Shown: in pieces, positions 25,530 through 38,100 of the stretch
How the letters are laid out: the number at the start of each line of letters is the position of its first letter
Numbering within the stretch: the stretch's first letter is position 1
From: Chiloscyllium plagiosum
Taxonomy: Eukaryota
Reading direction: 5' to 3'
Length of the DNA: 64,000 nt
NCBI RefSeq assembly: GCF_004010195.1
Contig: NC_057720.1
Location: forward strand, 9,009,646-9,073,645
Translations under genes and position numbers: made by a program
The notes under the pieces: generated by a model
Told to the model about the DNA's origin: nothing
The model's database searches: none
Seen by the model: the letters and a program-made list of their open reading frames with translations, nothing else

Positions 25530-28500
25530 CCCAACCCAATCTAGTCACACCTGCCAGCACCAGGCCCATATCCCTCCAAACCCTTCCTATTCATATACCC
25601 ATCCAAATGCCTCTTAAATAGTGCATTTGTACTAGCGTCCACCACATCCTCTGGCAGCTCATTCCATACACATACCACCATCTGCGTGAAACGTTGCCCC
25701 TTAGGTGTCTTTTATATCTTTCCCCTCTCACCCTAAACCTATGCCCTCGAGTTCTGGATTCCCTGACCCCAGGGAAAAGACTTTGTATATTTACCCTATC
25801 CATGCCCCTCATAATTTTGTAAACCTCTATAAGGTCACTCCTCAGCCTCCAACGCTCCAGGGAAAACAGCCTCAGCCTGTTCAACCTCTCCCTATAGCTC
25901 AAATCCTCCAACCCTGGCAACATCCTTGTAAATCTATTCTGAACACTTTCAAGTTTCAGAATATCTTTCCGATAGGAAAGAGACCAGAATTGCATGCAAT
26001 ATTCCAACAGTGGCCTAACCAATGACCTGTACAGCTGCAACATGACCTCCCAACTCCTGTACTCAATACTCTGACCAATCAAGGAAAGCATACCAAACGC
26101 CTTCTTCACTATCCTATCTAAATGCGACTCCACTTTCAAGGAGCTATGAACCTGCACTCCAAGGTCTCTTTGTTCAGCAACACTCCCTCGGACCTTACCA
26201 TTAAGTGTATAAGTTCTGCTAAGATTTGCTTTCCCAAAATGCAGCACCTCGCATTTATCTGAATTAAACTCCATCTGCCACTTCTTAGCCCATTGGCCTA
26301 TCTGGTCCAGATCCTGTTGTAATCTGAGGTAACCCTCTTCGCTGTCCACAACACCTCCAATTTTGGTGTCATCTGCAAACTTACTAATTCTACCTCTTAT
26401 GCTTGCATCCAAATCATTTATGTAAATGACAAAAAGTAGAGGACCCAGCACCGATCCTTGTGGCACTCCACTGGTCACAGGCCTCCAGTCTGAAAAACAA
26501 CCCTCTACCACCACCCTCTGTCTTCTACCTTTGAGCCAGTTCTGTATCCGTAAGGCTAGTTCTCCCTGTATTCCATGAGATCTAACCTTGCTAATCAGAT
26601 TCCATGGGGAACCTTGTTGAACGCCTTACTGAAGTCCATATAGATCACATCTACTGCTCTGCCCTCATCAATCTTCTTTGTTACTGCTTCAAAAAACTCA
26701 ATCAACTTTACCCACCTTTAAAGCCATGTTGACTATCCCTAATCAGTCCTTGCCTTTCCAAATACACGTACATCCTGTCCCTCAGGATTCCCTCAAAACA
26801 ACTTGCCCACCACTGAGGTCAGGCTCACTGGTCTATAGTTCCCTGGCTTGTCTTTACTGCCCTTCTTAAACAGTGGCACGACGTTTTGCCAACCTCCAGT
26901 CTTCAGGCACCTCACCTGTGACTATCGATGATACAAATATCTCAGCAAGAGGCCCAGCAATCACTTCTCTAGCTTCCCACAGAGTTCTCGGGTACACCTG
27001 ATCAGGTCCTGGGGATTTATCCACCTTCAACTGTTTCAAGACATCCAGCACTTCCTCCTCTGTAATCTGGACATTTTGCAAGATACCATCTATTTCCCTA
27101 CATTCTATATCTTCCATATCCTTTTCCACAGTAAATACTGATGCAAAACATTCATTTAGTATTTCCCCCATGTTCTGTGGCTCCACACAAAGGCTCCCTT
27201 GCTGATCTTTGAGGAGCCCTATTCGCTCCCTAGTTACCCTTTTGTCCTTAATATATTTGTAAAAACCCTTTGGATTCTCCTTAATTCTATTTGCCAAAGC
27301 TATCTCATGTCCCCTTTTTGCCCTCCTGATTTCCCTCTTAAGTATACTCCTACTTCCTTTATACTCTAAGGATTCACTCGATCTATCCTGTCTATACCTG
27401 ACATATGCTTCCTTCTTTTTGTTAACTAAACCCCCAATTTCTTTAGTCATCCAGCATTCCCTATACCTACAGCCTTCCCTTTCACTCTAACAGGAATATA
27501 CTTTCTCTGGATTGTCATTATCTCATTTCTGAAGGCTTCCCATTTTTCAGCCGTCCCTTTACCTGCGAACATCTGCCTCCAATCAGCTTTCGGAAGTTCT
27601 TGCCTAATACCGTCAAAATTGGCCTTTCTCCAATTTAGAACTTCAACTTTTAGATCTGGTCTATCCTTTTCCATCACGATTTTATAACTAATAGAATTAT
27701 GGTTGCTGGCCCCAAAGTGCTCCCCCACTGACACCTCAGTCATCTGCCCTGCCTTATTTCCTAAGAGTTTGTCAAGTTTTGCACCTTCTCTGGTAGGTAC
27801 ATCCACATACTGAATCAGAAAATTGTCTTGTACGTACTTAAGAAATTCCTCTCCATCTAAACCTTTAACACTATGGCAGTCCCAGTCGATGTTTGGAAAG
27901 TTAAAGTCCCCTACTGTAACTACCCTATTATTCTTACAGATAGCTGAGATTCTCCTTACAAGTTTGTTTCTCAAATTCCCTCTGACTACTAGGGGGTCTA
28001 TAATACAATCCCAATAAGGTGATCATCCCTTTCTTATTTCTCAGTTCCACCCAAATAACTTCCCTGGATGTATTTCCGGGAATATCCTCCCTCAGCACAG
28101 CTGGAATGCCATCCCTTTGGTTAAGAAAAAGAAGGAAGCATATGTCAGGTATACACAGGATAGATCGAGTGAATCCTTAGAAGAGTATAAAGGAAGTAGG
28201 AGTATACTTAAGAGGGAAATCAGGAGGGCAAAAAGGGCCATTAGATAGCTTTGGCAAAATGTCACTCCCCCTTCTCTTTTGCCTCCCTTTCTATCCTTCC
28301 TGTAGCATTTGTATCCTGGAACATTAAGCTGCCAGTCCTGCCCATCTCTGAGCCATGTTTCTGTAATTGCCATGATATCCCAGTCTCATGTTCCTAACCA
28401 TGCCCTCAGTTCATCTGCCTTCCCTGTTAGGCCTCTTGCATTGAAATAAATGCAGTTTAATTTATTAGTCCTACCTTGTCCCTGCCTGCCCTGACTGCTT

Positions 28501-28582
28501 GACTCACTTCTGTTCTCAGCTGTACCCGTCTCAGATCGATCTCTTTCCTCACTATCTCCCTGGGTCCCACCCCCCCACCTTA
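25530..28582 (-). pseudogene. CR1 ORF2 (APE endonuclease + reverse transcriptase), frameshifted
   Basis: [63 protein letters not shown] across several frames. Confidence 0.92.
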
Positions 28583-29523
28583 CTAGTTTAAATCCTCCCA
28601 AGCAGTTCTAGCAAATTTCCCTGCCAGTATATTAGTCCCCTTCCAATTTAGGTGCAATCCATCCTTCTTGTACAGGTCACTTCTACCCCAAAAGAGATTA
28701 CAATGGTCCAAAAATGTGAATCCTTTTCCCATACACCAGCTCCTCAGCCATTCTCAGACATCAAGGATGTCTCTATCCTCCTATTCCTGCCCTCACTAGC
28801 TTGTAGTACTGGGGGTAATCCAGATATTACTACCCTTGAGGACGTGCTTTTTAAGTTTCTGCCTAACTCTCTGTAACCTCCCTTCAGAATCTCAACCTTT
28901 TCCCTTCCTATATCGTTGGTTCCAATGTGGACAATGACCTCTTGCTGACCCCTCTCCCTCGTGAGAAGGTTCTGCACCCTCTCTGAGACATCCATGATCC
29001 TAGCACCAGGGAACCAACACACCATTCTGCTTTTTCTCTGCTGGCCACTGAAACATCTGTCTGTACCTCGGTTTACAGAATTCCCTAACACAATTGATCT
29101 CTTGGAAGCCGACGTATCCCTCGTTGCATTAGAGCCTGGCTCAATACCAGAAACTTGGCTGTTCATGCTACGTTCCCCTGAGAATCCATCACCGCCTACA
29201 TGTTCCAAAACAGCATACCTGTTTGAAATGGGTATAGCCACAGAAGACTCCTGCCCTAGGTTCCTACCTCTCTTACCCTTCCTGGAGTTAACCCATCTAT
29301 GTGACTGTATCTGAGACTTTCCCCCCTTCCTATAACTGCCATCCATCACATACTGTTGCTGTTGCAAATTCCTCATCGCTTCTATCTGTTTCTCTAACCG
29401 ATCCACTCGATCAGATAAGATTCGCATCCAATAGCATTTATGGCAAATATAATCCACAGTAACCCTTAAACTCTCTTTAAACTCCCACATCTGACAAGAA
29501 GTACATATCACTGCAAAAGCCAT
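28583..29523 (-). pseudogene. CR1 ORF1 (Cys-rich zinc finger, coiled coil, SGNH esterase-like), disrupted near 28750
   Basis: MAFAVICTSCQMWE..CHKC, IVLGNSVNRG, FPGARIMDV, IVHIGTND. Confidence 0.9.
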
Positions 29524-29892
29524 TTTTGCTCCTTCACAATCTACAGACCCAGAAAATAACACCTTCTTATTCCTCTACAAACACTGCCCCAGGTTAAATT
29601 TATAATTATGGCTTATATTTTAAGTTTAATCAAGAGACTTATCTCCAAAAACATATAATCAAGAAAGAACCTCCTGTACTCACTACTGCAGCCTTTCTCT
29701 TAGACAGACTTAAAACAATAATTAACTTATCTGATTCTGTGTTGTGAACTTTTCCCAAACCGGTTCCTCCAAGATTAGTTGTGAAATTCACTGTTTGTTA
29801 ATTTTCCCAGATCACTCCGATGTCCAGTGACACATGAATTAAAAACAGCAAAGGCAGTAACTGTGCAGGTTTGTTTGTTCATTCTTTCTTTC

Positions 29893-29915
29893 TTTCTCTC
29901 TCTCTCTCTCTCTCT
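29893..29915. repeat. (CT)n microsatellite in the CR1 5'UTR
   Basis: Direct reading. Confidence 0.9.
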
Positions 29916-31319
29916 CCTGCACTGTCCTCACCATGTGCTTCCTTTGTCTGCTCTTCTCCCTTTTAAAACTGCTGTTGTTTTGACTTTTTTTTCCCAAAGT
30001 TCCAAAACAATGCAACAGCATATGAAACAGTAATTGCTGCTCCTGGAATTCGAGGAAATCACCTCCAGCACCTAAAATACCTCAAAAAAAGGAGCAGCTC
30101 TTACAGCCTGTCCTCCATCTTGGATTACCCAGAATCCTTCAAGATTAGAGTGGTGCTGGAAAAACACAACAGGTCAGGCAGCATCCAAGCCTCCAGGGTG
30201 GAGGGATATTTGGGGCGGGGATGGGGCTGGGGAGAAGGTAGCCAAGAGTACAATAGGTGGATGGAGGTGGGGATGAAGGTGATAGGTCAGAGAGGGGGAT
30301 GGAGCAGATAGGTGGGAAGGAAGATTTGCAGGTAGGACAGGTCATGATGATGGTGCTGAGCTGGAAGGTTGGAGCTGGGGTAAGGTGGGGGGAGGGGAAA
30401 TGAGGAAACCGATCCACATTGATGTGGATATGGTAGCAAGTCTGTTTCAGGACATGGTTGAAGAGCTTCAGAGCAAAGGAGATGACCTGGGGGTCGCAGT
30501 AAGAGAGAGACTCACTGACATTCTTGTTGAGAGAGGAAGAAAACGTCTTCAAGGCAGGCATCCTTGCAAGAGAATTTGCAGTAGGGTTAAAATCAACTAG
30601 GCAGAAGTGAGGACTGTAGATACTGGAGATCAGAGTCTTGATTAGAGTAGTACTGGTAAAGTGCAGCAGGTCGGGCAGCATCCAAGAAGCAGGAAAATCA
30701 AGTGTTGGGCAAAAGTCCTTCATCAGGAATGAAGGCAGGGAGCATAGGAAGGGAATCCCAGAACTTTGATGTGAAAGAACAATGATACATTTCCGAGTCA
30801 GGATGGTGATTGACTTAGAGGGGCACCTGCAGGTGCTGATGTGCCCATACATCTGCTGTCATTGTTCACCCTAGTGTTAAAGGTCGCAGGTTTGAACGGT
30901 GCAGTCAGTGGAGCTCTTGTGAGTTACTGAAGTGCATCTTGTAAATGGCACACACTGTTCCCAATGATGGTGAAGGGAGTAATGCTGAAGTGGTAGTTGA
31001 GATGCTAAGCGAGTCGGCTCCTTTATCGTGAATGATGTTGAGCTTCTTGATTGTTGTTGGTGTTGTACCCGTTCAGGCAAGTGGAGAGTCTTCCATCACA
31101 ATCCTGACTTTTGCCTCGTAGATGATGAAGATGGGAGGTGAGTTACTCATAGTAGAATTGTGACATGAGATATCGATCCAGTCTTCACTTGCAGTGCAGC
31201 CGATTTGAACCACTCCAGCATCTATTGCTGCTGCACAATGTAAACAGAGGTTAGGGCTTTTATGTTGTAGCATCAATTCTGAGGCTTGTGCTCTTGTCCA
31301 ATTAATGTCACACTGGTTC

Positions 31320-31612
31320 AGCTCTATGGCTCAGTAGCAGCTCTCTCACCTGTTTCAGAAGGTCATGCTTTTGTGTAGGTGATTTGTAAAGTCACTTGTA
31401 AATAAGCCACTATTTCAAAGAACAAGGCATTTTTTTTTCATGGTGTCCAGCCAATTTTAACACTCAACCAACATTACTGATTGATGATCTGGTCATTATC
31501 ACGTTACGGTTTGGAGGAGCTTGCTGTGTTCCAGTTATCTGTCCTGATTCTTACTTTACAGTAGTGACTACGCTATAAATCCACCTCAAAAAACACTTTG
31601 GGACTCTGAAAA
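31320..31612 (+). mobile_element. Deu-domain SINE (SacSINE1/AmnSINE1-related)
   Basis: ATCTGGTCATTATCAC..GGAGCTTGCTGTG..CAGTAGTGACTAC..CACTTTGGGAC; similar relics ~4340, ~17380, ~39050, ~61990. Confidence 0.65.
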
Positions 31613-31644
31613 CTGTTTGTAGTATTTATTGTTTTTATTATCGT

Positions 31645-32295
31645 TTATTCATTTGAGGAATGTGGGCATCATTCGCTGGGCTAGCATTTATTGCCCATCC
31701 CTAGTTGCCCCTTGAGAAGATAGGGGTGAGCTGCCTTCTTGAACTGCTGCAGTCCGTGTGCTGCTGGTTGACCCATGGTGCCACTTGGGAGGGAATTCCA
31801 GGATTTTCACCCAGTGACAGGGAAGAAACAGCGATATATTTCCAAGTCAGAATGATGAATGCCTTGGAGGGGAAGCTTGAAGGTAGTGGTGTTCCCATAT
31901 ACAGAGAAATCTCGATTATCCAAAGGACGTGGGTGGGGTATTTTGTTTGGATAATCAAATGCCGGATAACATAGTTTAGCCAAGCATTGGGACATTGCAA
32001 TCTTGCCGAATAATCTAAAATTCGAATAATTGAATGCCAGATAATCGAGGTTCCTCTGTATCTGCCCTTATCTTTCTAGATTGAAGTGGTCATGGGTTTG
32101 GAATGTGTTGTCTGAGGATCTTTGGTGAATTTCTGCCATACATGTTGTAGATAGTACACACTGTTGCTACTGAGCATCAGTGGTGGATACTTATGGATGT
32201 GGTGCCAGTCAAGCGGGCTGCTTTTTCCTGGATGTGTCAAGCTTCTTGAGTGTTGTTGGAGCTGCACCCATCCAGGCAAGTAGGGATATTACACC
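31645..32295 (-). mobile_element. Older CR1-like LINE 3' region (tail shared with Meta-like SINE)
   Basis: Same family as 35015-36710 and 45290-47120; minus strand ends GGGCAACTAGGGATGGGCAATAAATGCT. Confidence 0.7.
31902..32058. mobile_element. Tc1/mariner (pogo/Tigger-like) MITE
   Basis: TIRs CAGAGAAATCTCGATTATC..GATAATCGAGGTTCCTCTG, TA on both sides, internal GATAAT repeats. Confidence 0.82.
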
Positions 32296-33884
32296 ACACA
32301 GACAATAAACTAGCTTAAAACAGGCAAAGATTAAATCTGCAACATTTTGGATGTCTAACAATCTTACTGAGCCATTCAGCAGCTCTAGCTTGGAGTTTTA
32401 TAATTATTTCTGATGATGTCAATTTAGCTTCTAACCATATTATTAAAATTACAAGTTTGGGAATATACTCAACCACCGTAATCACATCCGCACTTTAATT
32501 TTTCTTTTGCATAGTCTAACAACGTACCTTAGATCAATTTTCTTTTGCCGCAGCTGATAATTATCCAAATTGAGCAATCATCACTAATATCGCTTCAGTT
32601 TGATGTTCTTAATTAAACACTGAAAAAATGGAGTGTCGATATCAAAGATTATAGCTGCAAGAAGCAGACAGCAGGAGTTTGTTTATTATGATGATGTTCC
32701 TGATGGGAAGAGCATGTCAGGAAAGTGGGTCACCACCTCCACACTGTTTGACCCCCATTGTGGTTTTGCCATTCAGTCTCAGATAACAATGCTCACTACT
32801 TAAAACTATAACTTCATAAAGATGTATTCACATGACTGTACAATGGCTGTTATCACCTCTGCCTCAAGTTTATTTGTCCCACCTTTTACCGAGTTCCATC
32901 AGAATCAATTGAGTTGGATGTCATAGGAGATGTGTAAAAGAGAGCTGTTCTGTTTTCACACATTTAGTGCTGCTCCACAGGTTGAATTTCATCCTTACAG
33001 AATCTTCCAGAACAGAAGGCCATGTGGCTCTCTGAATGGGCTATCCAATTAATCCCAGTCCTCTACTCTTTCTTCATAACCTTGTGAAATGTCACCTTCC
33101 TAATTAGTTTATCTGATTCAGAGTGAACATTTATATTAAATATCAATATTATATTTGGAAATTAAATTGTAAAATCGAGGTTTTAGCTTTCAGTTCTATG
33201 AAGGTCTTTTAAAGAAAAGGTCAAAATGTCATTTGAAACAATAAATCATATGACTTAGCTAAGTGACTCAGTAACTCACTGGTGAGATAATTAATACAGT
33301 GTTTACTCAGTGGAGCATTTATAACTTACAGAAACAGATTAACATGAGCCGTCATTGGTTTACCTTCAGATGGAAAATTCCACACTAGCAAGAGTAGTTT
33401 ATGGAGGTCTTCAGCAATCAGACCAGAATCATATCATGAGGAGATTTTTGTTAAGTCTTTGTTTATGGAACTTAGAAAGTCTAGCACCTACTGATGCTCC
33501 ACAATGCAGATGGAAGTAGGGCAATTATGGTGGAAAGCTGTCTTAAGCTGTTTTAGCAGTTTCAAAGTAGTCAAAGTCTGAGAAAGGTTAATGATTTATT
33601 GTGCCTGTGTGTCTTGGGGAGAGATGGAGAGAATCACATCTGGTGAATGTGCGAAAAAGTCACTGAAAGGAAACTGTTGTATTTGCATCATTTCAACAAA
33701 TAGTTTTAATGTGAAAGTAGGCAGGATATTTCATGGCATTGAGTACCTGGAAAAGACATTGCTGAAGGAAAGAGTTAAACCTTTCTGGAACTTTCCAAGT
33801 GAAAGACCTTAGTTTAGTACCAGTCTAAGGCTTTACTAGGTGGTGAAGGATCAATACCATATGTAGATATTGACAGATTATTGA

Positions 33885-34560
33885 TTGATTTATTTATTGT
33901 CATGTGTACTGAAGTAGAGTGAAAAGCTTTGTTTATGAGCAGTACAGGCAGATCATGGTAAACAAAGATATACAGCTCAAAAAGACTTAGACAGAGGCAT
34001 ACAGGTTATGTTGCACAGGGCATGTGCTAGGTGAGATCAACGTTAGCAAGATCCGCATCATTTGACACTAGAAAGTCCATTCATCAGTCTAATAGTGGAC
34101 GGGAAGAAACTGTTGCTGAACCTGCTGGTGCAAATGTTCAAGCTTCTGTATCTTCTGCCTGATGGAAGAGGTTGTAGGAGATCATTACCAGGGTGATAGG
34201 GGTCTATGGTGATGGTCTGAAGAAGGGTTACACCTAAAACATCGACTTCTACACCTCCTGATGCTGCCTAGCTTGCTGTGTTCTTCCAGCCTCCTGCCTG
34301 TCTATTTGGATTCCAGCATCTGCAGCTCTTTTATCTCTGTCTATCTTTGATGATGTTGGCAGCTTTTCTGCAGCAACGAGCCATGTAAATGAAGTCCATG
34401 GCTGGGAGTTTGGCGTCCGTGATGGTTTGGGCTCTGCATATCACCTTCTGTAGTTTTTTTATGATCTCAGGCAAGGCAGTTGCCGTACCAGGCTATTATG
34501 CACCTGGACTGTGTGCTTTTAATGGTGTATCTGTAGATGTTGATAAGGGAGGTAAGTTCT
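33885..34560 (-). mobile_element. Rex1/Babar-like LINE 3' fragment with a Penelope-end insert (~34215-34340)
   Basis: Minus-strand tail AAAGCTTTTCACTCTACTTCAGTACACATGACAATAAATAAATCAA; similar copy 51085-51720. Confidence 0.6.
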
Positions 34561-35014
34561 GGAGGAACAATAACTGATTCGTTCCAGAGTAGTAAAGGGC
34601 AGGCCACGTGACATCTAACAGGTTACCTTCATTACAGACGTAGATGGATATGTATGTATCTTAACTGATACCAGGGTAGTCTTAGTCTCTGTCATTGTTA
34701 ACTATAATGGTAAGACTAATAGACTAATACTGTGATATAAGGTGTGTGATTGTATATTTAAATTATTCCCATTCATTTTATCATTTAGATTTTGAATTAG
34801 TAAATGAGGGTTTGACATCTATGTAAGAAGGGGCAATAATCAAACTGTGAGTCTTCTTGAAACCATAACTTTAAGCCACGATGTGTCAGAGAGCAGGTGA
34901 CTGGGGTCCTCTTGTAGTGACAATATGAGTTTCCTCGTACTGTGAGAGTTATATGATAAGGAAGTACAAATATTGAAAGGCAAAATCTTGCTTTTGGTTC
35001 AGACGAATCACGTG

Positions 35015-36710
35015 TGGCATCAAGGAACTGAGCAAAAGTGGAGTCAATGGGTATCAAGGGGCAAACTCTCCACTGTTTGGAGTGATACCTGGCACATATG
35101 AAGATGGTCATGGTTATTGGAGGCCAGCTATTTCAGCTCCAGGACATCTCTGCAGGAGGTCCTCAGGGTAATGTCCTAGGCCCAACCATCTTCAGCCAAT
35201 TCATGAATAACCTACGCTCCATCAGAAGTGAGGATGTTCCCTAGTGATTGTGCAATGTTCAGCCCTATTCATAACTCTGCAAATACTGAATCAGTCCATG
35301 TTTAAATGCGACAAAATCTGGACGATATCCAGGCTAACAAGTGGCAAGTAATATTCATGCCATGCAAATACCAGCCAGAAGTCAGAGAGTGGTGGTAGAT
35401 GGTAGATATTCAGCCTGGAGCCCAGTTACAAGTGGAGTTCCGCAGGGATCAGTTCTGGGTCCTCTGCTGTTTGTAATTTTTATTAATGACTTAGATGAGG
35501 GAGTCGAAGGGTGGGACAGTAAATTTGCAGATGATACGAAGATAGTTTGAAAGTTGCCACTCGGGTGGATAGAGCTTGTAAGAAGGCCTATGGTGTATTA
35601 GTGTTCATTAGCAGAGGGATTGAATTCAAGAGTCGTGAAGTGATGTTGCAACTGTACAGTACTTTGGTTAGGCCACATTTGGAGTACTGTGTGCAGTTCT
35701 GGTCGCCTCATTTTAGGAAAGATGTGGAAGCTTTGGAGAGGGTGCAGAGAAGATTTACCAGGATGTTGCTTGGAATGGAGAATAGGTCGTACGAGGATAG
35801 GCTGAGAGTGCTAGGCCTTTCCTCATTGGAACAGTGAAGGATGAGGGGTGATTTGATAGGGGTTTATAAGATGATCAGGGGAATAGATAGAGTAGACAGT
35901 CAGAGACTTTTTCCCCGGGTACAACAGAGTGTTACAAGGGGACATAAATTTAAGCTGAAGGGTGGAAGGTATAGGGGGGATGTCAGGGGTAGGTTCTTTA
36001 CCCAGAGAGTGGTGGGGGCATGGAATGCGCTGCCTGTGGGAGTGGCAGAGTCAGAATCATTGGTGACCTTTAAGCGGCAATTGGATAGGTACATGGATAG
36101 GTGCTTAAGCTAGGACAAATGTTCGGCACAACATCGTGGGCCGAAGGGCCTGTTCTGTGCTGTATTGTTCTATGTTCTATGTTCTATGTTCAGCCAATTA
36201 TCATCTCCAATTAGAGACAATCCAACTATGTCCTTGACATTTAATGGCATTAGCATTACTGAATTCCCAACTATCAGCATCCTGGGGGTTACTATTGGCC
36301 AGAAACTCAAGCAGACTCACCACATAAACACAGTGGCTACAAGAGCAGGTCAGATGCTAGGAATACTACAGTGAGTAATTTACCTCCTGAATCCCCAAAG
36401 CCTGTCTATCATCTACAAGACACAAGTCAGGAGTCTGTCCCATGACTACTTCCATTTAGAAAGACAATGGCAGCAGATCCATGGGAATATCACCACCTGC
36501 AAGTTTCCCTCCAAGTCACACACCAACCTGACCATTCCTTCAGGGTCATTGGATGAAAATCCTGAAATTCCCTCCCTCAGGGCAATGTGGGTCAACCTGC
36601 AGCACATAGATTGCAGTGGTTGAAAAGTGCAGCTCACCAAGTGCAACTAGGGACAAGAAATGTTGGCCCAGCCAGCAACACCCATGCCCCATGAGTGAAT
36701 AAAAAAAAGA
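35015..36710 (+). mobile_element. Older CR1-like LINE RT/3' region, split by a younger CR1
   Basis: GGPQGNVLGPTIFS-like RT motif; resumes after 36190; A tail at ~36700. Confidence 0.75.
35378..36190 (+). mobile_element. Young 5'-truncated CR1 with an internal deletion
   Basis: [21 protein letters not shown] joined directly to LKVATRVDR; (GTTCTAT)n tail; CAGCCA on both flanks. Confidence 0.9.
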
Positions 36711-37379
36711 TTTTGTTTTGCTCAGGAAACCTCATAGATTAGAAAGCTTGTTGATTCACTTTAGAGAAGAGTTGAATTAGCTTTATTGTTGCATGTATTC
36801 ACATGTGTACTGTGAGAGGCTGACAAGTCACCACTTATGACATCATCTTAGGTACAAAAATACCTAGGTTCAGATACTTAAGTGTAGATTTTTCTGATAT
36901 GAGAATAAAATTGAAAAATAAAGAAATAAAAAACTCACAATTTACATTCCTATTGCCCCAGTACATTCCGGATCTCACTTCAAGATAAAGCCAGGGACTT
37001 GCCTCTAGGCTACAAAGAAGAATTGGATTTCAGTCTGCATGATGACCAGTCTGGGGTCAGATGTAAGCACAGTTTTGTGTGGAGAAAGGGCAGTTCAGAA
37101 CAGCTGGGAAATAGATTACCTCAATCTAAGTATTTTAGTTTGACAATTCCAGTTCAGAAGTGCTTTGTTAAAGTGCTGATGGGGTTATTTGAATTCAAGA
37201 AAGGTCAATCTCAGAATAATTAAAAACCCTACTAAACAAACACAGACAGCACTGGAAAACGTAATGAATAAAGAGGGAAAAAAAATGCGAAAAGAGTGAA
37301 AATTAAGGTGCGAAAGGGAGAGAATAAGCTTTTGCTACCAAGTGAATGTAAAAGAGATACATAGATGACATTGCTGTTG

Positions 37380-38100
37380 TAGGAGTGGCAGGTTTGGGAG
37401 AAGGAGGAATGTAAGAAATCTAAAGGATGGACAGGAAGTGGTCAGTTTGCGAAGTTATTGAAGTAAATGTGTACACCTTAAGGCTGCCCAAACAGAAAAT
37501 GAGGTGTTCTTCCTTCAGCTCGCATTGTGCTTCATTCAAACACTGTGGCAGGCTCAGGACAAAAATGTTTACATGAGAACAAGATGGAGTACTGAAAGGG
37601 AAAGCGACTGGGAAGTTGGGATCATTCATATGGACAGAGTGGATGTGTCTCACAAAACAGTCACCCAACCCACATTTGGTCTCACCAGCGGTAAAGAGAC
37701 CGCTTGGTGAGCAGTCTAGATGGAAAGAAGTCCACCTGAAACAAGTACAAGCCCAGAATTGGAAAACTGAATTGGTTTTGCTTCCCATCTCCATCTTTCT
37801 CTCATCTTTACCTTGTACCCCTCTGACTCTTCCTTTTCCTTTCTTGGATTTGCCATTTTTACTGTTAGCAATCCTTTGGTCTTTTGCTTTTGGCCCACAC
37901 ACCATCTGGATCCTCCTCTGCCTTCATGGAAAATGTAAAAATGAGCCTATTTTCCAACACCTGTCAGATCTGAAGAAGAGTCATACCAGATTCGATACAT
38001 TAACTCTGTTTTTCTCTCCACAGGTGCTGCCAGCCTTGCTGTGTTTGTACAATGCACTCTCTGTTTGTTTCAGATTTCTAACATCCACAGTATTTAGCCT
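37380..38100. mobile_element. Decayed Penelope GIY-YIG/terminal fragments in inverted arrangement
   Basis: Minus-strand GETKCGLGDCFVRHIHSV..ELKEEHLIFCLGSL; plus-strand terminus at ~37965-38095. Confidence 0.7.

Larger units (their letters stand above)
25461..30139 (-). mobile_element. Full-length CR1-clade LINE (5'UTR, ORF1, ORF2, tail), decayed
   Basis: All domains present in order; tail (ATGACTCT)-type at 25456-25475. Confidence 0.93.
25424..30735 (-). mobile_element. Internally deleted Penelope element with direct terminal repeats, split by a full-length CR1
   Basis: Terminal repeat GTGAGGACTGCAGATGCTG.AGATCAGAGTC|AAGATTAGAGTGGTGCTGG breaks at 25460 and resumes at ~30140; second repeat 30600-30735; ORF start MPALKTFSSSLNKNVSESLS..; flanks GCAGGGAG. 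Confidence 0.75.

Noticed and set aside
33783..33795. Perfect heat-shock element TTCtgGAActTTC
   Set aside because: Nine specified bases are expected by chance roughly once in a window this size; no promoter context
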